A stretch of 60,675 bases of DNA, the filler included, from Sluysia triapertura (lineage: Eukaryota), in assembly GCA_046118255.1 (NCBI GenBank). It is 4 parts of 4 records of this genome, joined end to end, with 100 filler letters (N's around TTAATTAATTAA, not from the genome) between each part and the next. Parts side by side here need not be neighbours in the genome. Positions count along the whole stretch, not along the records: positions 1 to 15,685 come from JBJNIA010221467.1; 3 more parts are not named here. One strand, 5' to 3'. The notes under the pieces are model-generated. The model saw only the letters and a program-made list of their open reading frames with translations, did no database searches and was not told the DNA's origin. Positions 1-12,042 of this stretch are shown one piece after another; position 1 is the stretch's first letter, and each line of letters starts with the position of its first letter. Position numbers and translations under genes: made by a program.

Positions 1-86
1 ATAATAACAATACTATTACTGTTATTAGTATTGTTATTATTATCATTTTTCATTATTATCATTTTTATTATAATTTTTATTATTAG

Positions 87-270
87 ACCAAATTAATAAA
101 AATTTGTACATTAATTTGGTTACCGCCGTCATCAGTATTATTTACATTGATTAAAACTGTCTAGACATTGACATTACTGATGACGGCAAGTATGTTATTG
201 ATTTTGCATTGGTTGATACACCCAATCAGAGTTGATCACTACTAATTACAATTACAAAACTCTGATTGGG
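87..270. other. Cluster of three tandem perfect inverted repeats (candidate structured RNA or regulatory island)
   Basis: accaaattaat 87-97 / attaatttggt 110-120 (11 bp); gccgtcatcagta 125-137 / tactgatgacggc 175-187 (13 bp); cccaatcagagtt 221-233 / aactctgattggg 258-270 (13 bp). The repeats are seen directly; their function is inferred. Confidence 0.6.
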
Positions 271-381
271 CAAGCAGGTAAAAATTATATGGAGCTAAAA
301 ATAGAATGAACAAAATTTTTGGCAGCTTTGTCACAATTAATTTTTTGAAAAATTTCATTAATTCGTGGTAAACTCAAAAGT

Positions 382-1932
382 ATGCGATTAGGACACAAAA
401 ATTCTGGCCTCAAATTCCAAATCATGAAAATTACGAAATTCAGCAATTCAGTTATTTTATACAAAGACGATATATTTAATGTCATACTATTATATAATCA
501 TGAAACAACGATGAGGAAATCTGTAGTACGTATGGATGGCATAATTGATACAATATTGTTGAACAATTATGAAACAATAATCAAGCAATTTCATGTGTAT
601 AAAAATCTTACATTTAGTATATTATTGTCAGACAATTATGATATAACGAAGAAGCATTCTAATATACGTAAAGTTCATGTTTTTAATACAATAATATTAA
701 ATAATTATGAAACAATGACGAGGAAATTTTATGCGCATAAAAATCCTATATTTAGTATAATATTATTAAATGATCATGAAATAATAATTAGACAATTTAA
801 TATACATAAAGATAGTCTCCTTAGTTTAATGCTAATAGATAAAGATGAAATGACGACAAGACAATCTGATATATACAATTGTGAAATAATGATGAAATAT
901 TCTGATATACGTAAAGACGGTACATTTGATGTAATGTTATTAGATAGTGATGAAATAACGATTAGCCAATCTAAGATACGTAAAGTTGATTTATTTAGTA
1001 AAGCATTGTCAGACAACTATGGAATAATGATAAAACAATTTAGTATGCGTAAAGATTATGTTTTTGGGGTAGTATTGCTGAGTAATTGTAAAGTAATGAT
1101 GAAGCTATTTGACGTACATAGTGATGAAATAACGATTAGACAATCTAAGATACGTAAAGATGATCTATTTAGTACAATATTAATATGCAATTATGAGATA
1201 GCGATAATACAATCTGGTACAAGTAAAGAAGAGAATACTCTAAAGTTCATCAATGACGTTAAGTTGTTCGATACAACTACATCACCTTACGCAGTGATCT
1301 ACAGTTACGACAAATCTGGGATTAGTCTAAGTAATATTTTTATATTAAAATTGCATTACTCTATTTATTATATTGTTTATATATTTATTATTTATAACAG
1401 TTCTGCCAATCAAGAAGTCAATGAAACCGGGATCCGTGAAGAGAGAATGTTTGCAGAAGAATTTACAAATTTTAGAATGTTTATAGAAGAATTTAAAAAT
1501 TTTAAAATATTTACAGAAGAAATTACAATTTCTAAATTAGTTTGCAATACCAATTTTTCATTTAGTTTACTAATAGATAATTATAATTGTTATTTTTATA
1601 AATTTAAATTTAATCATGAAAGAATCAAAAATGTTTATATTGAGTCAGTGGTTTATCATAAATTATATATTAAGGTAATAGATAAATTAATAAAGACCAC
1701 AACTAATTTCCATAAGCTTATTATTGAAAGTAATCACAAAGTCTCTAACATAATGATACGGTTAAATCTAATAATCGTCTATATGATTATAGCTAGAATT
1801 ATGAACTCTTTATCTTCTTTAAAATCAAGAAAACCTCTTATACAAATTGCTATCCACATAGTTAATACCAAACTTGGGCGGTTGACATTCAATACGATTA
1901 AGTCTAAGGCCATCCTTGACAAATTATGGTGA
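382..1932 (+). CDS. Uncharacterised 516-aa ORF with ~10 degenerate 23-aa (69-bp) tandem repeats followed by 10-aa repeats
   Basis: 1551-nt open frame in very AT-rich DNA. Units include DIFNVILLYNHETTMRKSVVRMD / GIIDTILLNNYETIIKQFHVYKN / LTFSILLSDNYDITKKHSNIRKV / HVFNTIILNNYETMTRKFYAHKN / PIFSIILLNDHEIIIRQFNIHKD, then EEFTNFRMFI-EEFKNFKIFT. A possible GT-AG intron lies at 1331-1400. No family recognised. Confidence 0.55.
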   Translation: MRLGHKNSGLKFQIMKITKFSNSVILYKDDIFNVILLYNHETTMRKSVVRMDGIIDTILLNNYETIIKQFHVYKNLTFSILLSDNYDITKKHSNIRKVHVFNTIILNNYETMTRKFYAHKNPIFSIILLNDHEIIIRQFNIHKDSLLSLMLIDKDEMTTRQSDIYNCEIMMKYSDIRKDGTFDVMLLDSDEITISQSKIRKVDLFSKALSDNYGIMIKQFSMRKDYVFGVVLLSNCKVMMKLFDVHSDEITIRQSKIRKDDLFSTILICNYEIAIIQSGTSKEENTLKFINDVKLFDTTTSPYAVIYSYDKSGISLSNIFILKLHYSIYYIVYIFIIYNSSANQEVNETGIREERMFAEEFTNFRMFIEEFKNFKIFTEEITISKLVCNTNFSFSLLIDNYNCYFYKFKFNHERIKNVYIESVVYHKLYIKVIDKLIKTTTNFHKLIIESNHKVSNIMIRLNLIIVYMIIARIMNSLSSLKSRKPLIQIAIHIVNTKLGRLTFNTIKSKAILDKLW

Positions 1933-2684
1933 CAAATTCGGCACATGCCCAAAACATCTACCCCATAACATTTGGCAAAAAAAGTTTGATAAAAAGTTTA
2001 TCAATTTTTCTTCGGTATATTCCATTTTCAAATCACATCGGTACCTAATTTATTTATCTTAAAAAGTTTATTTTTGATCCTAAAGCTCTTAATTTATACG
2101 AACGCAACACCTCTTAATTATGTCAGGTTTATGACATTCAATGCATACAATACTAATATAATGAATATTGCCGAGAATACTATTCGAAAATTTCGAGAAT
2201 TTTTTTTCGATATTCTCAATAATCTACAATTGTTTTGAAATGTATATCATATTTCCGGAGAGAGGATGTATTTATTATACAATCAAAATAAATTTTTAAA
2301 TGTTTCCATCCAATTAATTAATTATTCAATCAGTTAACATTGAAATTTTTAATATAACTGACAAAATCGTAACACATCTTAACGCAGATGTTGTTTTTCA
2401 TAAACTGGATGTTCACTGCCACTGATACAAACTGGCTTAGTCATATGAATGAAAAGATATAAAATATTGAATTTCTAATTGGTTTAAATTCAAATTTGAA
2501 TATTTCTGAACAAATTTACTGTTATCATTTTTATTGATAATGTAAACTGCAATTTGTATCCGAAATATGATCTAATGGGATGGGTGTAAAATTCGTTTTC
2601 ACTGCATCCCAGGACTTTGAGAATGTTACTTTATTTGACCAAAACAATAGCATAATATAATTTAATAATAATAATAATAATGAC

Positions 2685-2844
2685 CTGCATGCTTCCAAAG
2701 CTGGTCGAAATCCTATAAATAGTCGCTGAGCTTCTTCTGTAGTCAAAAGTGAATGAACATTACGATTGATTGGTCCGAAGGAATTATAATTACTATTATG
2801 TCCGTTGTTATTACTTCGCGTATTCATTGTATTTTGACTTTTTC
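2685..2844 (-). CDS. ZSWIM8: ZSWIM8 (EBAX-1/Dora) orthologue, internal exon 4 of 4 seen
   Basis: Encodes ...TEEAQRLFIGFRPALEAC, matching the remembered human ZSWIM8 TLERLFPGFRPAVEAC. The acceptor atttag is phase 1, compatible with the 8028 donor; donor AG|GTCATT. Exon structure downstream of this is unresolved. Confidence 0.8.
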
Positions 2845-5800
2845 CTAAATTATATACAATTTTATTCGTTAAATGACTTTAATATAAATCTAAAAAATGT
2901 AATTTAATATTATTAAAGTAAAATCTTGTATAAAGGTTATCGAAGATTATAAGTAAACCCAAAACAAAATTATGTGAAATTAAAGCACTAATCAAAATTT
3001 AAGATTTAAAATTTAATCAGATAAAATAAAATAAATTTAAAACATTTAATTAAAGTCATCTGAATACAATATATACATGAAGATCTACCTAATAAAACAA
3101 AAGAAAATTACTCAAGACTCAACTTTTATTTCCTCAAAAATAAATTTATTTATAAATCAAATCTATTTGAGTAATTACAATGGAAACGAAAATTGTTTAT
3201 TAAATTAAGTGAATCTGACTTCATCTATGTAATAAATTAAAATTGACAAAATGTACTTTACAAAATAAAAAATATTCAAAAAGTACTAGATTAAAAAACA
3301 ACAGTTACATAGATATCTAAATATACAAAATTTCTGATTTTATACAAATTACCAAACATGCCAAAGTTTCAGAATTATAACGCATTTTGTTTATTAAAAT
3401 TCAAGTTTATAAATTAGTAAAGATCGCAGTATGAAGACTGAAAAATTTTGCCTACAAATTCTGGAAATTAATATGAAAATTAAAATAAAGCAACCAAAAT
3501 TAGTCAACAAAATAGAATTATTTTCTTCTAGATCATAACAGATCGCACAATGCGAAAATCTATTTTAAAATCAAATCATTATATTATGAACTCTTACCAC
3601 GTCAACCTTGCTAGAACAAATTATCATTAACCTCTTCCGAGACTATCCCGAATTGTTCACGGACTAGCACAATGCTCCTGAATTGACTAGTCCGATACAT
3701 TCACGTGCTGTCGGTGTTCAATTACAATGACTACCCCGTTAGATTCACCGGCTTCACATGTTGATCAACAATAATTATCACGTCTCACGTATCCTTTTTT
3801 CGTTTCTATTATCTCAATATTGTTTCTATTATCCACTTATAAGTTAATAAATTAAAATACGAAAAAAGTAGACTTTTGTAAGTTTTTTCTATTTTATTAG
3901 TCGCTCAAGGGATTAGCAAAGTAATATTTAAGAAATCGGCAAAATCGAAAGCTAGACTGAAGAGTATCTAGGATCTAAAGCAGCAGAAGTTTATGAAAGG
4001 AATATAAGGAAATTAATTAATTGATAGAAGAGTTAAATATTATTGAGTCCAAAAGTGATTATTTTGATTAAAATAATTATGTAATTAGAATTATTAATAA
4101 ACGAACAAACTTAATCGATTATTTAATAATTTACAGTGATAATAAAAAAGAAATAAAAGATCGATAACTATTCATACCAATTTAGTAATAAGAAACCAAA
4201 GTGACATAATTACTTATCAGTGTTGACAGCCGATATCGTTCAACTGCTCGTAATAAATTTCAATTTTATTTGAATATATTTTGCTTAACGATTTCACTTC
4301 TTTCTCTTATGACATTAAAAACGCCTTCAAATTTTAAAAATTATCAACATGACTATTCACATCTTCTTCAATCAAAACAAAACTGACAAAAACTAAAATT
4401 TACATTCAAATTAATTTTATTACCAAAAATTATTATCCATATTCGTTATTTATTTATTATCATTATTTTTAAAAATTAATATTTGTTTTGTCGCTCAACG
4501 ATATGATTTTGTTAAAATATTTTTATTTGTGATTATGATTATTTTTATGTTTAGATTGTAATTCTTTGAAACTTATTTTTATTACAGTTTGGTTATAGGT
4601 TTTATAGCATTTATAGGTTTTTTTGTTCAATAAATGGTTATTAGTGAGATATAAGCACTTTTCATTGCAAATTTAGTTATATGTTAAGAAAAAATAATGT
4701 AAATTTAAAATATTCAACTTTTGAAATAATTAATAATTGGAAACATGATTTTTGAATCCCACAATTTTTTGCCATTCTAATCCGATTGTATAAAAAACTT
4801 ACTTTCAAACAACCCAAAACATTATAAAAATGTAATAATCAATCGATGTTCTAAAGTACTTACTATATGTTTGCCTTTATGCTTAAAGGATGTCATTTTG
4901 AAATACCAACATAGTTGTGCTTCGGTAGGGATAATTTTAAACGAGCTCAGTAAAAAATGTAGTACTTACTCATTATTCATCGTTACAATTTGTAGACAAA
5001 ATTTTAAAATGTAAGTTCGTCACATATGAAAAAAGTTAGTTAGAATTTCTCCCTTAGTTTCTAACTATGCAAATATGGGTAGCACAGTGCAATTATTGAA
5101 AAAAATTGTTGCATGATAATAAGCGAGGAATGTATATCCTATTGCAATAACATTGATACCAAAATCACCGTAAAGATGTGAAAGTTGGGACTACTTACAC
5201 TTGTCGTAGATTTTGTATGCAAGCTAAGCTGAAAAGTCATGCACTTTCGTACTTTCACACCATAATTGTTCTAAAAACCAGAATTATCTACTCTATACTA
5301 GTTTATATCCATTATCTTCTTCATATTGGTGCCACTCTTAGTTTTATCGTTTCAAAAATTAGAAATCATTATTTATATCTACATAAGAACAGCATCATTA
5401 TTCATATGAATTGTACAACAATCGCATTTAACAAACATTTTAAAAATTATAATGGAATTGTAAAATAATTTTGTATATTTTAGTTAAGAGATGTCCAAAT
5501 TTAAAGTCAGTCTATTTGTATTTTGTTTATTTTCTAGTTTGTATTTAATAAATTTTAGTGACTTTGTACGTTAAGTTTTAGAAGAATTAAAGTTATTGAA
5601 TAATGAATATTAGAAGCTGCATAATTGTTAAATAATATAAGATAGTTTAAATACCTATTGAGATCAGATATATTAATTGATTTAGAAAGATAATTATAAT
5701 AAATGAATAAAAGAAATTTAATTAAGGAAACTAAAGAATAAATCTTAGTCTAGAAAAACAAGAATAAGTTGATTTGATACTCACGCATAATGATTTAAAT

Positions 5801-8027
5801 TTTCTTAAGAGTATAAACTGTACGCCATAAGAAAAATAAGACATTTTGCTTTTAAGAAAAGAAATAGAAAAACAATAGAATCTGGGTAATTTGTATTAAT
5901 GTCTAAATAATTGTAATATGAACATTAAACTTCACAAATACCCTTTATTTTTTGTGACCTTTAGATTTTGCTTAATATATTTATTTTCCAACGAAACAAG
6001 AATAAATTGAATTTTTTAATGAATAAAGTGTTATATAATTAATCCTATTCCAAGTGCTTTTGAGTACCTCGAATGAAGGACATAACTTGATATCAGACGT
6101 ATATCATAGGTGTATAGAAAAAGTTGAAGGAACGTATTAAATTGTGTGTTTTAAAATGTTTGTATTTAATAAAATTATAAGTTTGGTTTAAATCTTAATA
6201 AGTTAATTTCAACGACTAATTATAAATTTTAATTTAAAATCTATTATTTGAAATGTCCAGAGCAAGCGGAAGATACCAGATAAGACCACCAATATTGCTT
6301 GAAGATATTAAAGTTGATGATTTTAACCATCATACGCGAGATAAGGAATGTGTATTTTAACTTTACTTAACCTAATCTCTCGCAAGAATACATTGTCAAA
6401 TTTCTGAAAATATATAACATTATTAAAAAAATTAGTTGATAAAAAAATTATGAAGACCCCAATGTACAAAATATTTACAAAAAATATTTATACAAAGTAG
6501 CATGATTCCGTTAATGAAACCCACCATGCTTAAGAGGTTTAAATACTCTTGGTTTAAATACTCCAGAATTTGAACATTAATTCTGCGAATTAAAATCAAA
6601 ATCACTTTTATTTTAAAAATTTTTAAGTAGGTCACACATAGGTATAAATGATGGATTAAAATAACCAAAAGGCTTGATGAATCGTCAGTATCCATTTTTT
6701 AAACCCTATATTATTTTATAAATGATCAGCTTGTGGAAAGTAGAACTGATAATAATAAGGATTACTAATTAGTAATAATAAGTTGTTAAATTAGAAATTA
6801 TCAAATAGTCTGTGATAAAAAGATATGCAAATAAATCGTTTAATAATATCATTGTATCATCAATAAAAATTGAACACATAAACTAAATTAAAATTATTAA
6901 ATATTTAAAATTATTATAACTTTTGATATCTCAACCTTTTCAAATTCTGCGCACGTTTTAATGATAGATTATTTTAATATTAAAGATTACACTAAACCTA
7001 GTGCTCTTGCTACTACTTGTGTTTTAAATAATCTATATTCATGTAATTTGAATATCATAAGCATAGACACATCCAAATCTGGAATTAGAAACGCATTAAA
7101 ACTTGGATGAGAGATATCTCTGAAATTAAATTTGGCTAGGTAATTAAGGAAAGGTAATAAATACCAGAATCACCGTTCTCTTTGAAACTGTAGCTTAATC
7201 TTCGACAAAGCTTCTAAGAAAACGACCTATACCTTACTTTAGACGCCATCACCTTACGTAATATTTACCCAGTAAAATCGATCCGACTGAAAGTTTGAAC
7301 AATTTTTACCGTACAATAATTTTATCGAAAACGAGCAAACATATTTTTGTTTGTTTTTATATAAATTTTTAAACTAATATGCGGAACATCGATATTTTTG
7401 GTATATTATAGGTGACAAAATTAACTCGAATTTTAATTAAGTTTATTGACTAAATATCTCTTATATCACTTAAAATTTAACTTTTCTAAATTAATTTATT
7501 ATATTTGTATTGTTGAATTTAATCAAATCACTTCTTTGAATATTCAAGCTTAACATTAGAAATACTAAATATTTTTTGTAGTTCTTATATAATTTTTTAA
7601 GATTTTATTTACATTTATATTTTAAATATAATTATTTGTACATAAAATGCACATATGTATAATGCACAATGAGAACAGCAGCGCACACAAACCTATATAT
7701 TAGATTTAAAAGTACAAAATACTTAATTTGAAAAAAAATATTGACGAATATTTTTGTTAAATTTTTATAAAAATAACATTGGTAACTCTTAGAGACACAT
7801 GCAATATATGCAAGAATGAGGTGGTTAGTCTAGTACAATGGTAATAATGTGACAAAGTGTGATTTCATTGAAAAAAACCTACCAAATCTTGAATGTAGTA
7901 AAATGTATCGTAAAATTACAAGATAGAACTTATAAAGTTATCAATCTTTATTAAAATTTTAAAATAATCGCTTAATTATTATAATTTTGAAATATTCAGA
8001 TAAAAGGTTATATAAAACGAAACAGAC

Positions 8028-8358
8028 CCAAACATAAAAGAGCCACTTTAATGAATGCTCGATGTAATCTCGCTATTTCCCAAATAAGCTGCAACAGTTC
8101 TTGTTTAATATTATCCGATACTGCTGTGGAAACTGGCCCTGATACAGATCCGTTAGCCGCTTGTAATCGACGTGGTGTTAAAAATTGGCATGAATTTAGT
8201 GCATATTTCAATGCTGCAATTCGCCACAATTCTACCATTTCATCACAAAAATAGACTGAAGCATGTTGGCTATGAAGGACAGTCATGTTACTGGTCTGGG
8301 ACAATGATTTCAAACATGATTCTTGATTTAATTTTATACAATACCACCACATAATTAT
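8028..8358 (-). CDS. ZSWIM8: ZSWIM8 orthologue, internal exon 3 of 4 seen
   Basis: IIMWWYCIK...HASVYFCDEMVELWRIAAL matches ZSWIM8 ITGWWYSVR...HACASMCDEMVTLWRLAVL. Acceptor ttaatttag is phase 0; inferred donor G|GTCTGT is phase 1. Confidence 0.88.
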
Positions 8359-10029
8359 CTAAATTAAAAATTACGTTTATTTTATTAAACCAATTAAATA
8401 ATTGTTTTAAAATACTTATGTTTATAAGATATCGATTTTTTTGCAGTTTTGGAATTGTTTTTAATGATGGTTTAATATTAATAAATGTAACCAAGTTTAA
8501 ATACACAAAACATTCGCGAACATATGTACATATGAAAATATAAAAGTCACAAGAACCACTGAAAAATTTGAAACTAAAACCAATGAAAAAAACGGTTGAA
8601 TTTCAAAATGCAAGGGATCGTCGAATAATAATTTTGCAAACCTAGTAATTTACATCTAAAGAAATAAGACTTCGTGGAAGAAAAATATCAACAAACTATA
8701 TGTGGGAAGAAGTTTTACATAGTATTATTTAAGAAATAAAAACATTACAATTGAAGAAAATTAATAATGTATTATGTAGCTTCTCATTTTAATTATTATA
8801 TAATGAAAAGTATGAATTTCTTCATCTACTTGCTTTCTTTAATTTGCTTCACAGATAACGACTTAAATAGCAAATCATTTTCGATTTATAATATTTCGCT
8901 AAGACATTTTAAAATAACAAAACATCCTTATTTTGTTTTCAATATAAATTGCTTTTTAGAAGTAAACATTTTCATAAAAGCTTGTACAGATAAGTAAAGT
9001 TAATTTATCGTTTAATTAAAAATGAATTAAATGGCAATTAATTAAAAGTTTGTACCTAGTTAACAGTAAAATTAATCAGCGTAATTGACTAAGATATTAA
9101 GAAAGAATAATCAAATTAAATTATTTGTCTTATAACGTTAAGTCACAGTTTATAAATTTGACAGAACGATTTATAAGTCATAATAGTTACAGAAAATTAT
9201 TTTATATTGATTGTCACTAAGTATTACTTAGATATTAAAATTCAGAGTAAGAGACCTGACAACAAATTTGATAAGGAAATGATTAAAATTATTTGACCCA
9301 AAATTTGGAGATTAACTTTCAAAAGGCTACGGGGTAAAAGGAATTTATTAGGTTATAAGAATATGACTTTGCAGACCCTCGCAGTATTACTTATTCTATA
9401 AAACCTATGGATATGTCGCATTGAGCTTAGATCGTAGGTAGTAATAATAAATCAATAAATTTAAGAAAAACTTCTGCAATAGATCAAATTTAATTCTGAT
9501 AACTGATAAAATCTCAGTTTGATATGTAAATAGTTCTTGATGTTCAATCTGATGTATAAGAAAAGTTTTTATACCCAAGATGAAATTTGTTGTTTAATAT
9601 AGTTATCTTTGATCTATTGAATAAAACTGTGCTTGTAGCTCCTTTGACTATTGTTTTACGTTAAGATTTAAAAATTATCATAACATTAGAATGTAAAATT
9701 TAATTAAATCCACCAAATTCATCTTAAAATCAAATGACTCAAGATTTAAATGACTTCCATACCAGCGTCACATATGCGACATATCAGTTCCTGCTATTGA
9801 GTCCGGCGTCGCAAATGGTGACGTGTCTATCTTGTCAGTTTTTAATAAGGTATTGCATTATTTTTTCGCAGTTAAAAAATCCAATGCTATTTAAAGTCAT
9901 TTCATAAGAAAAATTACCAAGCTCCGGTAACGAACGTGTTAAAAAATCAAACTAGGTCTTATTTCATTGTCTGTTTCATTTTCTATGTCCATTATTTGTC
10001 AAGTCTCTCCGTCAATACAAGTTATTTCA

Positions 10030-11090
10030 ATTCAGTGTTAAAAATTTGTGGATCTTTTGAAACCGTTTAAAATATAAGTTTATGTTGTGTCATTCCAACA
10101 TTCCACAATCTGTTCATATATTCCCGAATAGCTTATTTGTTTCATTTTACTTGATTTCGTATACTCATGAGCTGAATTAATCATCCAATTCTCCCATTTT
10201 TTAGAATCTTGATTTGACTTATTTGTTTGAACACAACTCTAATGGCTAAAATAATTTAGTTGCAATACCAGTAATTATTGCAAGTCCTAAATAATTTTTC
10301 ACAATATTTTTAACTTTATCAGTTAATCTACTAAAATCCATCATAGGAATTGATTTTTATCAGAAAATGCATTCTTCCTCTTAGACCGTATGTTTTCAAA
10401 CCTATATTTCAACACCTCTTTATTGACAAATATTTAATAAATTCTCTTTTGGTTTAAAATAATTGAAGTTTATTCATGGCCTATAGTTTAAGTAGAGATA
10501 TCTCCATTTCAGCTGTAACATAATTTCTAAATGATTGACATTCGATTTCCCAATCATTTGGCAAATGTCGAAGCTCTTAAAATTAAAAACCCAAGACAAT
10601 TATCTTTTAAAATTATTCAAATTCAGAATTTCATATAGAAATTTTGCTTGTAAACCAATTCGTGTTGCAGAAATTTCATAAACAAGCTTTCTTTATTTCG
10701 AATTCAGGATATTAATCTCCCTTGTGCTTTCGAGTTCCTTTTTTAGTATTAGCTTTTAAGTGCTTTCTTTTTTCCTCCATGATCAGACAATCGACTCAGA
10801 AACATCAAAGTCTCTTTCAGTAGGCTTATTATTGGCATATTAAATTATTTCCAGTTGCTTTTCTTAAAGATTTTAATGTCTAACTTTATTGTTTTCGACA
10901 TTTATAGATTAAAATATATTTAATTAGTTTATTTTAAAACAAAATTAAAATAAAATTAATAATATAATGCTAAACACTTTTTTAAAATAAACTTTTTACA
11001 AAATTTTATTGTGAAGTACATTTTTCTTAGATCAGTTTTTTAAAATGCGTATTAAGTGTGAGGAGCCTACTAAAGTCGATAAAACGGAAT
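10030..11090 (-). mobile_element. Decayed pogo-family (POGK-like) DNA transposon within a ZSWIM8 intron
   Basis: Broken frames from the ATG at 10901: ANNKPTERDFDVSESIV*SWRKK (HTH), YPEFE, LPNDWEIECQSFRNYV, LAII..., QPL, KWENWMINSAHEYTKSSKMKQISY, ECWN, NGFKRS. A pogo-like end (ccgttttatcgact) lies near 11085. Many stops and frameshifts. Confidence 0.7.
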
Positions 11091-11846
11091 ACATTTTTTC
11101 TTCTTAAGTTTCAGAAATTGTAGAAGTTCAGATGGACACAAATTGATTAATTAGGTAAAAGAATTACTTGATAAATTATCACAATAATAATAGTATATAA
11201 TTTTCTTAAATATATAAATATAATAACCACAAAGGTATTTGTCGAACTTATGCATTTGGGTATGAGCAACGAATTAAATTGTTCATTGATTATACATTGA
11301 AGGCGTATTTTTTAAATTTACACAATTCAAAATAGCATTAATTGAATTCATACCAAAAAGAATTTTGTCGATACATTCATTGCGTAAGAACTAATAAAAG
11401 CGTTTACTAACCTTAGGGTATTTATGTAGATTATCATTTATTATTCCATAATCATGAGTCTCATTTTTAATTTTGATTTTAAAATGTATTTTTGAAAAAA
11501 TAATTAAATTTATGCACAAAGTAACCTAAAACATGTTGAAATGAGACATTTCAAAGCAACAATTTTCCAATTAGTAATTCAACTTTATTTCAATATTTTC
11601 TTCAATATCTTAAATCAAATTAACGACACATGTGCATCTTAAGTCATGAATGAGTTATGAATGGCACTGTGCCCATACGCCTTTATTTATACCCAAATAA
11701 AATTTTACTATTTATAATATTATTGATGTTTAAACTAAATACTAAGTACTTAATACAAAAAATTATTTATGAATTTGATTTTTGAGATTACTTTGCACTT
11801 CTGTATTTTACATAAACAAAAAAAATTTTCATTATATAAGTTTTAC

Positions 11847-12042
11847 CGGTTTAGAGTCTAGAAGACAATTACTGAGAATTCTCAACAAACTCAATGCATT
11901 ATTATCTTCTCGTCTAAACATATCTCGGATAATGCTTAAGAAGTTCCAAATACCTTCTGGTTCTTTTCCTCGCATCGGTCGAAGTATATTTTGATACTCT
12001 TGTGCTACCATTGGTTGATTATTTGATAAATGACGCGGATCT
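11847..12042 (-). CDS. ZSWIM8: ZSWIM8 orthologue, internal exon 2 of 4 seen (absent from the ORF track)
   Basis: DPRHLSNNQPMVAQEYQNILRPMRGKEPEGIWNFLSIIRDMFRREDNNALSLLRIL matches ZSWIM8 LLRPLRGREPEGVWNLLSIVREMFKRRDSNAAPLLEIL. AG acceptor phase 2; donor CCG|GTAAAA phase 0. Confidence 0.92.

Noticed and set aside
125-200. CTGATGA as a hammerhead ribozyme core (also on the minus strand at ~35143-35151)
   Set aside because: There is no correctly placed GAAA and stem II/III arrangement.
470-1230. 69-bp periodic array as a CRISPR-like repeat-spacer locus
   Set aside because: Units diverge along their whole length, with no constant repeat plus unique spacer, and there are no cas genes. The context is eukaryotic.
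316-1954. Possible TIRs around the repeat ORF (tttgtcac ~327 / gtgacaaa ~1930; ttttggc / gcccaaaa)
   Set aside because: The matches are short and discontinuous, with no target-site duplication. This is too weak in AT-rich DNA.
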